NCBI GenBank assembly: GCA_028286825.1
Contig: JAQBQV010000002.1
Location: forward strand, 2,157-66,156
Direction: 5' to 3'
DNA length: 64,000 nt
Source of the DNA: Parcubacteria group bacterium
GTDB taxonomy: Bacteria; Patescibacteriota; Minisyncoccia; Phycocordibacterales; Phycocordibacteraceae
Shown here in pieces: positions 47,135 through 56,386 of the stretch (its first letter is position 1; the number at the start of each line of letters is the position of its first letter). A program made the translations under genes and the position numbers. The notes under the pieces are model-generated. The model was not told the origin of the DNA, did not search any database, and was given only the letters and a program-made list of their open reading frames with translations.

Positions 47135-47477
47135 ATAGTTTAGTGCAGTAAGACAAGTGCGTTATACAACATATTTCAGTTTTCAGCCAATTCAAATCGC
47201 AGTGTTAATGCGGTGATTTCAAAGAAGGGTGGGGGCTTCGAATTGTTCAATAGTGTGCTTATCCCACGAAAATTTGCGCTCGAAGTGGCAGGGCGCATTG
47301 AACAACTGGGCGAAGCCGGCAAAACAGTCTCCTACAAAGTGAAGTAATAAGCCGCTCCAAACAGCTCAGACCGACTGAGCCGTTCTGTACTGTCGCCTGT
47401 CTGCTAAAATCGTTCATTAGAAAAAAATAGGCCCCGCATACTGCGGGGCCTCGAATGTACAACTTCTTTCGCCACTA

Positions 47478-48125
47478 CTATGCGGCGATTTCCGCCAATG
47501 CGACTTCCGCCATGCGCGCGAAGTACCTGTGGTCGACTTTCTCTCCGAAGACACGCCGGCATTTTCCATAGATGAGTGGGAACCAGCTCCAGTAGAGAAA
47601 CATCGCCTCGAAAGGGTGCTGATTGGGAGCCTTGCTAACAACGTGCGCCGCATAGGGGTCCAATCGAATACCGTGGTATCGGCAAAAGATGCTATTGGCG
47701 CCGTACGTTGAGTCATGCACGAATCCTTGTGCATCGACATTCCATACGTGCCACGCCCCCTCGTTGTTGAAACACGCATATCCGCTCCACAGCTCCATCC
47801 CAGTATCGAGCGCGTCGAGGATGGCATTTCCCCAGCATTGACCCGCACCATTCTTCGCTTTTCCGTTGTACGTATGGCCATAGGGTCGGATTCGGGTACG
47901 ACATTCCTGGCCGTGTTGGAGGAGGATCACCGCTGCAGCCGGGTGAGCCATTTCGAGTATCGATTGTCGGACGTCGATCTGTTGCAGAAGAACATCTCGA
48001 TTATGTCGCCAGATCTGCTCGGCGTTCTTTTCGTGCTTCGCGACGTTACCCGCGCTGCCGTTTAAGATCGCACTCAGCATTGCCTCAGTTGTGCGGTATG
48101 GAAACAGCCCTTTCAGATCGCGCAT
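47478..48125 (-). CDS. Hypothetical protein with possible Cys-His-Asp triad
   Basis: GQCWGNA..GYA..WHVWNV..VHDST. Confidence 0.65.
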   Translation of the reverse strand: MRDLKGLFPYRTTEAMLSAILNGSAGNVAKHEKNAEQIWRHNRDVLLQQIDVRQSILEMAHPAAAVILLQHGQECRTRIRPYGHTYNGKAKNGAGQCWGNAILDALDTGMELWSGYACFNNEGAWHVWNVDAQGFVHDSTYGANSIFCRYHGIRLDPYAAHVVSKAPNQHPFEAMFLYWSWFPLIYGKCRRVFGEKVDHRYFARMAEVALAEIAA

Positions 48126-48322
48126 GCCAGCCCCTTTATCGGTGAGAGTCTGATGGAGTTTTAACCTTAAATTCTACTCAAGTCAATGGACGACGATGGT
48201 CTTCCTTTCTAGTGCGGCCGCACCGCATTTCAGGCAGCGTGTACTCCTCGCGGTTACGCTGTTTACTTTTTTATATTTTGCCGTAGTGTCTCAGGTGGAC
48301 CTAACCCTGAAAGGAGTCCAGA

Positions 48323-48751
48323 ATGAATACGCATCTCCACCCGATCTCGGGTGTTCGCACAAATGGCATTCGGCTCGGCGCTGGCGCAAGACTGGAGGCT
48401 GGTGATCACTATGACTCAGCGAGCGGCACATGGGAGCGATGCCCGATCCCTGGTGCAAAGCTCGAACCGGGCTGCCGGGTTGTGTGGATCCGTTCCACGG
48501 AATTGTCGCCCGAAGGCAACGTCTTATTGACCTATCTTCGTGTGTACGGCTTCTATCTGACGCTCTCGCACCACTGGAAAGTCATCCCGTCGGCCAAGTG
48601 GAAAGATGACCCGCGGATGGACTGGAAAGTGCTGCACCCTGGCGCCGCTCAGGATCTGATCGATCTCGGCTTCGTGTGTGAACGCAGCGACAGTGGCATC
48701 TATGAGCTCACCGACGCCGGCCGCGACTACGGCATGCATTTTAAGCACTGA
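48323..48751 (+). CDS. Hypothetical protein (possible C-terminal winged helix)
   Basis: AAGGAG SD; LIDLGFV..YELTDAG; terminator follows. Confidence 0.6.
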   Translation: MNTHLHPISGVRTNGIRLGAGARLEAGDHYDSASGTWERCPIPGAKLEPGCRVVWIRSTELSPEGNVLLTYLRVYGFYLTLSHHWKVIPSAKWKDDPRMDWKVLHPGAAQDLIDLGFVCERSDSGIYELTDAGRDYGMHFKH

Positions 48752-48880
48752 AGCCGAGCGCGAGCGGTTACCCCTCAGGTGACCGCTCCTTTTTTGTAAC
48801 AGCAAAATTGACTTTATATAGAAAAAAGTTATTATCACAAGCACGGTGGTATCGCCACTTAACCGTGAGGGAGAAACGAG

Positions 48881-49450
48881 ATGTTCTTTTTAAAAGAATG
48901 TGCCGACCGTTTTCCGTTGTATTGGTCCGATTGGGGGCCAAAGCTCGAGATGGATAGATTGGCGAGCTTCGTTACGATTTTGTTCTGCGCGGATTTCCTC
49001 CTGCTGGCATTTATTCAGACAGGTCCGGGGTTCGGTGGGCATGTAGTCGACGTATTGTCGGTGATCCTACTCGCGTGCGCGTTCTGCATCACCTTCGCGT
49101 TTGATGAACTACTGCACAAGCTTTCAGGAGGTCAGATAGACGATCGATCGCCCCTGCTTCTGGTTCTCTCAAGTAGTACGTATCGAGTGACCCAGACACT
49201 ACTGTTCTTCACTGTCATCATCTATAGCGCCTTCTTGCCGAACGGGCTTGGCGATGTGGCCATCTTGATGCGCGTCTCCGCTATTTTTTCAGTAATGGTT
49301 GGATTTCTGCTGATGATTTTCTATGCAGTGCCGAAATTCACCCTTCGTTGGGAAACGAAGCTGCGGGAATATCCGCCCAGAGGCTATATGGACGATGGCA
49401 TATACCGTTTACACACGCCGCCCAAGCCGAGGCTCGTTTCAAGTCGTTAG
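48881..49450 (+). CDS. 4-TM hypothetical membrane protein
   Basis: TTGACT/TATTAT promoter, GGGAG SD, hydrophobic helices. Confidence 0.6.
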   Translation: MFFLKECADRFPLYWSDWGPKLEMDRLASFVTILFCADFLLLAFIQTGPGFGGHVVDVLSVILLACAFCITFAFDELLHKLSGGQIDDRSPLLLVLSSSTYRVTQTLLFFTVIIYSAFLPNGLGDVAILMRVSAIFSVMVGFLLMIFYAVPKFTLRWETKLREYPPRGYMDDGIYRLHTPPKPRLVSSR

Positions 49451-49567
49451 GTCGCGCAACATACGATGGGCTCTGGAGGGTATCTCCAGAGCCTGTAGTT
49501 TTAAATAAAGTTCACCACAGGAGTACTTCTATTTTTATAGTTGCTGCCACTCCTTAAAAATTAGTCG

Positions 49568-49649
49568 CCCATGTCGTCCCAGTGACCAATTTCACTTACG
49601 ACTGCAAGGAGTTAGTGAAATGGAAATACTCTTTGTGATGACGGGCAGC
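49568..49649 (+). repeat. Cassette-boundary repeat, long form nearly identical to copy 1
   Basis: CCCATGTCGTCCCAGTGACCAATTTCACTTACGACTGCAAGGAGTTAGTGAAATGGAAATACTCTTTGTGATGACGGGCAGC. Confidence 0.92.
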
Positions 49650-49727
49650 AAGTTTGACATCATATAAATTAGAATGTAATTTCCATCTGGGCACTCCTTC
49701 AATCCACCCTAAGTAAAGGAGATCATT

Positions 49728-50330
49728 ATGGACGAGGATAAGACGGTCAATATTCAGGATATTTTGATGGGTCGTCGTACGGTTGCTCTCGTGGGTGAGA
49801 TCAATCACAAGTCGACAGATGAAGTCGCGCAAAGGTTGTTACGTCTGCAGGACGAGTCGCAGGAGCGGATCAATCTTGTCATTGACAGTGGTGGGGGCGA
49901 GAACCGTGCCGCGCTGCATCTCTGCGATCTACTTGGAACAGTGATGACTGCGCCGGTACGCGGAATCGCATTCGGGAGCTGTATGTCGGCGGCGACGTTC
50001 ATTCTCCTTCATTGCAGCGAGCGAGTTTCTACGCCCTATACCGAGTTCTTGATCCATTCGGGAAGGACGAGTGGCATTTCGATCACGGTCAATGACAAGA
50101 CGGCCGACGAATTGCAGCTGTTGGCCGACGAGAGTAAAGCTAATAGGGAAGAGATGGTCCGGCTCTACATGGCGAAGTTGAAGCTCCCGCGAAAACGCGT
50201 CGACCAACTGGTCACTCAAGGCGACCAGCGCTTCAATCGCACACTGAATGCCGTACAAGCGCTCGAAATCGGGCTCATCCAGAAGATCATTACCGAGAAT
50301 CTCGGCATCTTCCCGAAGCCGCCCGCCTGA
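49728..50330 (+). CDS. Divergent ClpP-like serine protease
   Basis: LVIDSGGG; CMSAAT (Ser); FLIHS (His); A.QALEIGLI. Confidence 0.85.
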   Translation: MDEDKTVNIQDILMGRRTVALVGEINHKSTDEVAQRLLRLQDESQERINLVIDSGGGENRAALHLCDLLGTVMTAPVRGIAFGSCMSAATFILLHCSERVSTPYTEFLIHSGRTSGISITVNDKTADELQLLADESKANREEMVRLYMAKLKLPRKRVDQLVTQGDQRFNRTLNAVQALEIGLIQKIITENLGIFPKPPA

Positions 50331-50378
50331 TCATTAAGCCCCTGAGATAACCTCAAAGGGGCTGGCTTTTTTGTAAAT

Positions 50379-50409
50379 AGATTCCCACGCCGTACCCACG
50401 GCCAACGCG
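50379..50409 (+). repeat. Cassette-boundary repeat, short form
   Basis: AGATTCCCACGCCGTACCCACGGCCAACGCG. Confidence 0.85.
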
Positions 50410-50452
50410 TAAGATTTGATACACTAGAAATACTTACTACTAAAAATAACCT

Positions 50453-50815
50453 ATGGCTAAATATATTGATGGGTTTGTGCTCCCGGTACAAAAGAAGAAT
50501 ATGGATGCGTATCGCAAAATGGCGGTGAAGGGTGGGAAGCTGTGGAAGAAATATGGTGCGCTCGAGTATTTTGAATGCGTGGGCGACGACCTTAAGCCAA
50601 AGTGGCTACCAATCACATTCCCGTCATTGGTCAAAACGAAGCCATCAGAGACTGTCGTGTTCTCATTTATCGTCTTTAAATCAAAGAAGCATCGTGACTC
50701 GGTCAATAAGAAGGTAATGAGCGACCCATCGATGAACGAATTTAAGGATACAGCGATGCCGTTTGATATGCAGCGCATGACCTACGGCGGTTTTAAAGTG
50801 CTCGTCGAGGCCTAG
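50453..50815 (+). CDS. DUF1428 (YbaA-like) protein
   Basis: YIDGFVLPV..GALEY.EC..ETVVFS..MPFD..RM.YGGF. Confidence 0.9.
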   Translation: MAKYIDGFVLPVQKKNMDAYRKMAVKGGKLWKKYGALEYFECVGDDLKPKWLPITFPSLVKTKPSETVVFSFIVFKSKKHRDSVNKKVMSDPSMNEFKDTAMPFDMQRMTYGGFKVLVEA

Positions 50816-50845
50816 TACATTTGTGAACTTCGATAATGTGATGCT

Positions 50846-51430
50846 GTGGTAACGAACAAGATGCAAAAGCAGATTGCGCTGCAGAATAACAGTATGGAGT
50901 ACACGCTCAAGGTGAGCGATAGGGCGCGAAGTATGCGCCTATCGATTCGGTACGACGGCGCGGTAACTGTGACGGCGCCGAGGTGGGTGAGTGAGGGGAG
51001 AGTAGAAGCGTTTGTGACAGAGAAGTCGAATTGGCTTCTCACCAAGCTCGAATACTTTAAGCAGTTTACGGGCGGGGTATTTATAAAAAGCGGGAAGCGA
51101 GAATACGCGAAATATAAAGAAGCAGCGCGAGCTTTGTGCGAGCGCCGCGTAAGGGAGCTGAATGCATCTTACGGGTATACCTATAATAGGATCGCCATTA
51201 AGAACCATAGAAGCCGGTGGGGCAGCTGCTCAAGGAAGGGTAATCTCAACTTTAACTACAAGATCGCGCTCCTGCCGCCTCACCTCGCCGACTACGTGAT
51301 CACTCACGAGCTCTGCCACTTGGGCGAGTTCAATCACTCCAGAGAGTTTTGGACTCTCGTCGCTAAGACGCTTCCAAACCACACTGAACTGCGTCACGAG
51401 CTCAAAACAAACCGTCTGAGCCTCCATTAA
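50846..51430 (+). CDS. YgjP/DUF45-type zinc metallohydrolase
   Basis: SRWGSCS; DYVITHELCH; NHSREFW. Confidence 0.9.
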   Translation: MVTNKMQKQIALQNNSMEYTLKVSDRARSMRLSIRYDGAVTVTAPRWVSEGRVEAFVTEKSNWLLTKLEYFKQFTGGVFIKSGKREYAKYKEAARALCERRVRELNASYGYTYNRIAIKNHRSRWGSCSRKGNLNFNYKIALLPPHLADYVITHELCHLGEFNHSREFWTLVAKTLPNHTELRHELKTNRLSLH

Positions 51431-51466
51431 TCGCACAATCATAGAGCAAGTGGTAGACTCAACAAT

Positions 51467-51931
51467 ATGAATCCACGAAAATTCTTTATAGGGCGAGCAA
51501 TTGGTCTACTGGCGTTACTCATCGTTGTCGGTGGAGCAGTGATTGCTTACAGCCTACAAAAAGAAAAAACAACTTCGCTTGTTAATAATTTCTGCTTTGC
51601 AAGTGTTGTGCCTGCAGCTGTAGGTACGAGCACACTCTCGATACAAGCCACACTGTATTCAAATCATTCGGTTGGAGGCAGGCTTGACTTGCGGCCGTCT
51701 GAGAAAGACTCATTACTAGGAACGTTCATTGGTACGTGGAAGGAGAGTTCTGGCAACAACGTCTTGGAGGTTGTTCATGCATACACTGGCGAGGGAGTTA
51801 CCGCTACCACGTCAAGAACGATTCTGTTAGCGGATGGGTATGCGCAGATTGACTGGGACGGAAACGGTCCTGCGCCTTACAGTCCGGAGCATGTTCCGAG
51901 CGTATATTGTCCTAGTGCAGACGAGGAGTAA
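51467..51931 (+). CDS. Membrane-anchored hypothetical protein
   Basis: TM; CF..P.EKD..G..Y.GEG..C. Confidence 0.65.
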   Translation: MNPRKFFIGRAIGLLALLIVVGGAVIAYSLQKEKTTSLVNNFCFASVVPAAVGTSTLSIQATLYSNHSVGGRLDLRPSEKDSLLGTFIGTWKESSGNNVLEVVHAYTGEGVTATTSRTILLADGYAQIDWDGNGPAPYSPEHVPSVYCPSADEE

Positions 51932-51967
51932 CCGGAGTACGCTGTTTCGTTATTAACGTGGAGAGCA

Positions 51968-52007
51968 GAAAACACTCAAACGGCCGTATGGCCGTTTGAG
52001 TGTTTTT
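51968..52007. terminator. Long hairpin terminator
   Basis: AAAACACTCAAACGGCC-gtat-GGCCGTTTGAGTGTTTT. Confidence 0.75.
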
Positions 52008-52060
52008 AGGTCGAACTTGGCGCACTTTTCCACGGCAGACAATTTGTTATAATTTATAAC

Positions 52061-52633
52061 ATGAACAAATCAACGATGATCGCGAGCGGTGTATTAGCTA
52101 TCCTTCTAGTCGCTGGGTTCTGGTATATCGATCAAGGCGAAAAGAAGCCAGCGGCCGCAACTTCTACGGCGCCCGCGCTTGTCGACTATACTGACGCCGA
52201 GTACGGTCTCGCCTTTGCCTATCCGGAAAGCTATTTGCTCACACAAGAAGACGATGCAAGTGCATCACAATGGGCGCTGCACTATATTTCACTTATGCGT
52301 AAAGTAGACTTGCCGCCGCCAGTAAACGGCGAGGGCCCTCCTTCTATTAGTGTTGCGTTTTTCACGAACAAGCTCGACAAAAAGACGCTGGTGCAATGGC
52401 TCAAGACTGACACGTTGCATTCGAACTTCAATACATCAAATGGCACCTATGCCTCAACCACCGTTGATGGACGAGAGGCCATTACCTACAAATGGTCGGG
52501 GCTCTACGAGGGTGTCACGACAGCCTTTCTCTATAAGGACACGGTAGTGAGCGTCACGGTTGAATACTTAACGCCGGGCGATGAGATCGTCGATGCATAC
52601 AAAAAAGTCCTCGATTCGGTGCAACTCCCATAA
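52061..52633 (+). CDS. Exported PsbP-like protein
   Basis: TM; Y.D.EYGLAFAYP..Y; TVDGREA; YKKVLDSV. Confidence 0.65.
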   Translation: MNKSTMIASGVLAILLVAGFWYIDQGEKKPAAATSTAPALVDYTDAEYGLAFAYPESYLLTQEDDASASQWALHYISLMRKVDLPPPVNGEGPPSISVAFFTNKLDKKTLVQWLKTDTLHSNFNTSNGTYASTTVDGREAITYKWSGLYEGVTTAFLYKDTVVSVTVEYLTPGDEIVDAYKKVLDSVQLP

Positions 52634-52715
52634 GCCTGGCTCAGGACTTTTTATAGAAAATAAAACAAACGCGCCGTCACAGTGTGACGGCGCAAAATCG
52701 TTACTCATATCGGTC

Positions 52716-53795
52716 TCACTTTACTGCGGTAAGCCGAGTGCGAAACGTTTCAGGCAGATGTTCGGAGGCAATAAGATTACCCTCAGCAACAACTGTTGCT
52801 CGGCGCAAGACAGATCTAAGTTCGCGCACGTTACCTCTCCATTCGTGCCGTACCAAGGATGTCGCCGTATTGTTTTCTATGACGTACGATCGTTTGTTAA
52901 TTTGCTGAAGCAAATAATGCGTAAGCGGAATGATCTCAGCAGATCGTTCGCGAAGGGGAGAAATGTGAATGCTGAGGTCGGCGAGCCGATACAGCAAGTC
53001 TTCGCGAAAATTGGATGACTTAAGTTGGGCAAATGGCGTTTTAGTCAGCGCAATAACTCGTACGTCGACAGTTCGCGTAGTAGTCGAGCCTACAGGACGC
53101 ACCTCGCCGTCGTTCAGGGTTCGAAGTAAATTTACCTGAGCAGCATGCGGGAGTTCTTCAAGTTCGTCGAAAACGATCGTACCCCCGTCTGCTTTGATAA
53201 ATAGTCCATCCTCCGCTTGCACCGAGCCAGTAAAGGATCCTTTTTTGTGGCCGAAGAGTTCACTGTTGGCAAGATCTCCATTCAGACTCGCACAATTGAT
53301 GATTATGAGCGGTTTGCCCTTTCGGGGGCCGAGCTGGTGTAGAGCCTTCACAACTAGTTCTTTGCCAGTGCCGGTCTCACCGAAGATACAGATTGGATAT
53401 TCCGTAGCTGCGAACTGCCGAATCTGTTTCGCTAAGGATTCGGTCACTTCACCGCATATGGCGAACCCGGGGATTAGTTCCAGGGCCGTTTCGAAAGCAG
53501 TAGGCGAAATGCTCGTTGTGTTGTTTCCCATACCGCGGTTCTGAGTGGCCCAGTTGACGGGTTGCGCGGAAGACGATTTTTCTGGTTTGCCAAGGATCTT
53601 TGCGATCCGTCGACTCGGTCGTACCGGATGATTCGCGACAAAAATTGCCGTTGTAAACGCTTCGTCTCTGTCGTACGTAGTGCGCTTGAGTCTGTTATAG
53701 GTCGCACTGCAACCAATACAAAGGTTTGTTGGTCCGAAAGCAGGGTGTTCTTCACACCGCGTGCATGCCGGGACGGATATAGATTTTTCAGTCAT
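52716..53795 (-). CDS. Sigma54-activator-type AAA+ protein lacking C-terminal HTH, with N-terminal CxxC/CxxC
   Basis: GETGTGKE; INCAS; SELFGHKKGSFTGS; FDE; FREDLLYRL; WRGNVREL. Confidence 0.88.
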   Translation of the reverse strand: MTEKSISVPACTRCEEHPAFGPTNLCIGCSATYNRLKRTTYDRDEAFTTAIFVANHPVRPSRRIAKILGKPEKSSSAQPVNWATQNRGMGNNTTSISPTAFETALELIPGFAICGEVTESLAKQIRQFAATEYPICIFGETGTGKELVVKALHQLGPRKGKPLIIINCASLNGDLANSELFGHKKGSFTGSVQAEDGLFIKADGGTIVFDELEELPHAAQVNLLRTLNDGEVRPVGSTTTRTVDVRVIALTKTPFAQLKSSNFREDLLYRLADLSIHISPLRERSAEIIPLTHYLLQQINKRSYVIENNTATSLVRHEWRGNVRELRSVLRRATVVAEGNLIASEHLPETFRTRLTAVK

Positions 53796-53966
53796 TCTTT
53801 CTCCTTTCGATGAAGTTGCAATGAATCGTACTGGTCAATCCAAGCCGAACAGTATATGAATTGATGTGTTGTGGCAATGTTCCTTACCGCGCTAGTTAAG
53901 AAGACCTAGACTCTACTTATAGAGGTATGGACGCGGGTTTTAAGGGGCGTGATAGACTGAAGTTCT

Positions 53967-54863
53967 ATGAAAGGAATAATTGCACTTATCGCTATTGTCG
54001 CACTCGGTTTTGGAGCTTACTACTTTACTCATACCTCACCTCAGACAAGCGCAACGACGGGCACGACGGCTTCTACGACACAGCAAGCAGGCAGTCAGGC
54101 GACTACGACGGAGGTCAAAACAGAGACAGTTATCGGTACCTCGGTACAGGGTCGGCCCATTACTGCCTACCACTATGGTACTGGCGACAAAGAAGTTGTA
54201 TTTATCGGAGATATCCACGGAGGATACACTTGGAACACAGCGCTTTTGGGGTATAAGACAGTCGAGTATTTTAAGAATAATCCAACCGCGATTCCAAAAA
54301 ATGTAAAAGTAACGGTTATTCCCGTCTTGAATCCAGACGGACTGAACAAAGTCGTCGGCACCACCACCGCAAACTTCTCTCAAGCCGATGTGGCTTCTGG
54401 CCAGGCTGCCCAGATTGCGGGTCGCTTTAACGGAAATACGGTAGACCTCAATCGCAACTTTGATTGTTTGTGGCAGGCCAAGGCAACCTGGCAAGGTAGA
54501 ACAGTCAGCGGCGGAACAGGCGCGTTTTCTGAACCAGAAAGTCAGGCAATAAAAAGTTACATTGAAACTCAAAAACCAATAGCGGTCGTAGCGTGGTACG
54601 CCTCTGCTGGCGGCGTCTATACCTCAAGCTGTGGTAGCGCGACATCGCCTGAGACACTCGCACTCACCAACCTTTACGCGAAGGCTGCTGGGTATACATC
54701 GAACACCACCTACACCGCCGATCCACTACCGGGCGATATGACTAACTGGCTCGCGAAGATAGGTATCCCTGCGATCAGCGTGATGCTTAAGACGCACACG
54801 GATATGGAATGGGGTGCCAACCAGGCAGGTATCGACGCCGTCTTAGCGCGCTACGCAAAGTAA
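53967..54863 (+). CDS. M14/MpaA-like carboxypeptidase homolog, probably inactive
   Basis: NPDG, VDLNRNF, FSEPE retained; Zn and catalytic residues substituted. Confidence 0.82.
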   Translation: MKGIIALIAIVALGFGAYYFTHTSPQTSATTGTTASTTQQAGSQATTTEVKTETVIGTSVQGRPITAYHYGTGDKEVVFIGDIHGGYTWNTALLGYKTVEYFKNNPTAIPKNVKVTVIPVLNPDGLNKVVGTTTANFSQADVASGQAAQIAGRFNGNTVDLNRNFDCLWQAKATWQGRTVSGGTGAFSEPESQAIKSYIETQKPIAVVAWYASAGGVYTSSCGSATSPETLALTNLYAKAAGYTSNTTYTADPLPGDMTNWLAKIGIPAISVMLKTHTDMEWGANQAGIDAVLARYAK

Positions 54864-54870
54864 ATCAGTA

Positions 54871-55749
54871 ATGAGTTCGACTGCTAAAAAGTGGAGTATT
54901 GCGGCAGTTGGTATTGCGGTAGTGCTTGGCGGAGCTCTGACGATTTTTTGGCCTCACCAGATCGAACAGCCTGCCCCCGTCGTGGTCCAGCCAGCAATTC
55001 CTGACTATCCTATTCACAGCGTCATCGGGTTTTCAGTCGAGCATCGTACGATTGACTCTTACACCTATGGCACAGGGCCGACCCGTATCGCTTTTATCGG
55101 TGGTATTCATGGCGGGCTCGAGTGGAACAGCGTGATCCTTTCGTACCAACTGATGGATTATTTGAAGGCGCATCCAGAAACGGTCCCTGCGTCGCTTTCA
55201 GTCACGGTGATCCCCGACGTTAACCCCGACGGCGTACACAAGGCTCTCGGTACTGAAGGCCGCTTCGCCGTTAAGGATGTACCCGCTGGAGCGCTCGACG
55301 CGGGTCGCTTCAACGCCCATGGTGTGGACCTCAATCGTAATTTCAACTGCCGCTGGGTGGCGACGAGCACCTGGAAAGGGGAGACGCATAGCGCCGGCAC
55401 AGCAGCCTTTTCTGAGCCCGAGGCACAAGCCATACGTAATTTCGTCGCGACAAGTAGTCCAAAAGCCGTGATCTTCTTCCATAGTCAGGCGGGTGCGGTC
55501 TACGCTTCTGAGTGCGGGAAGGGAGTACTCCCTCAGACGATCGATATTATGAATACGTATGCGCGCGCCGCCGGGTATCTCGCAATTAAAACCTTTGATG
55601 CGTACCCGACTCCCGGAGACTCAGAAGGGTGGCTTGCGTCCATTGGTATCCCAGCGATTACGGTAGAGCTCACAACGCACGACGTAGTGGAGTGGGAGAA
55701 GAATCTCGCAGGCGTCAAAGCAGTTATTCAATACTATAAATTAAGATAG
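54871..55749 (+). CDS. M14/MpaA-like zinc carboxypeptidase
   Basis: IHGGLE; NPDG; VDLNRNF; FHS; TVEL. Confidence 0.88.
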   Translation: MSSTAKKWSIAAVGIAVVLGGALTIFWPHQIEQPAPVVVQPAIPDYPIHSVIGFSVEHRTIDSYTYGTGPTRIAFIGGIHGGLEWNSVILSYQLMDYLKAHPETVPASLSVTVIPDVNPDGVHKALGTEGRFAVKDVPAGALDAGRFNAHGVDLNRNFNCRWVATSTWKGETHSAGTAAFSEPEAQAIRNFVATSSPKAVIFFHSQAGAVYASECGKGVLPQTIDIMNTYARAAGYLAIKTFDAYPTPGDSEGWLASIGIPAITVELTTHDVVEWEKNLAGVKAVIQYYKLR

Positions 55750-55776
55750 GTCTTTTTTTGTTGATAGAATTCGGGT

Positions 55777-56376
55777 ATGAAAAAATACTTCCCACACTTT
55801 CTACTCGCTGCTTACATCATCGAGTTTATTATTGCGGGTTTGCACCCGTTCGATCGTACTACCTGGTACGCTGAGAATGGTCCAATCGTACTTGTGGTCG
55901 CGGTCGTGGTAATTCTCTACATCAAAAACGTGCGCTTCTCGAACACGGCATATGCACTTATGTTCGTACTCCCGTTTATGCACACAATCGGTGGACACTA
56001 CACCTTTGAGCGAGTGCCCTTTGAGTGGTTCGACTCGTTTTTCGGTTTCGAACGCAACATGTTTGATCGCGTTGCACACATGACAGTCGGTTTCTACGCG
56101 GTCCCGCTTATGGAGTACCTCGAGAGTCGCCGTTTAGTAACGAAGCGTTGGGTCGCCGTAACGTACTCGATCTTTGCCATCGCGTTTGTAGCCGTTGCCT
56201 ATGAATGGATCGAGTGGTGGTTTGCCGTCACTAATGGCGGGAGCGCGGGCGCAGCATTCCTGGGTTCTCAAGGCGACATTTGGGACGCCCAGAAGGACAT
56301 GCTCATGGACGTGCTCGGCGCAGTGGTGTCGGTAACCGGATATTGCGCAGCTTTGCTTTTCAAATCGAAAGTATAA
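55777..56376 (+). CDS. DUF2238 (YjdF-like) membrane protein
   Basis: IGGHYTFERVP; RN.FDR..H; FLGSQGDIWDAQKDM. Confidence 0.9.
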   Translation: MKKYFPHFLLAAYIIEFIIAGLHPFDRTTWYAENGPIVLVVAVVVILYIKNVRFSNTAYALMFVLPFMHTIGGHYTFERVPFEWFDSFFGFERNMFDRVAHMTVGFYAVPLMEYLESRRLVTKRWVAVTYSIFAIAFVAVAYEWIEWWFAVTNGGSAGAAFLGSQGDIWDAQKDMLMDVLGAVVSVTGYCAALLFKSKV

Positions 56377-56386
56377 AATAGGTTTG

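Larger units (their letters stand above)
40943..47385. mobile_element. Probable degraded defence island
   Basis: Z1, Dcm and Mrr-like genes; visibly AT-richer; related 27-bp palindromes at both ends; internal repeat pairs; no integrase seen. Confidence 0.55.

Noticed and set aside
47222..47347. Short + strand open frame (KKGGGFELF...YKVK*)
   Set aside because: No recognisable motif or convincing start; at most a gene remnant.
33217..52693. Many GC-rich near-loopless palindromes (33217, 38490, 45371, 45905, 47429, 51968, 52670) as one mobile family
   Set aside because: Their sequences are unrelated and they sit after gene ends; ordinary terminators explain them.
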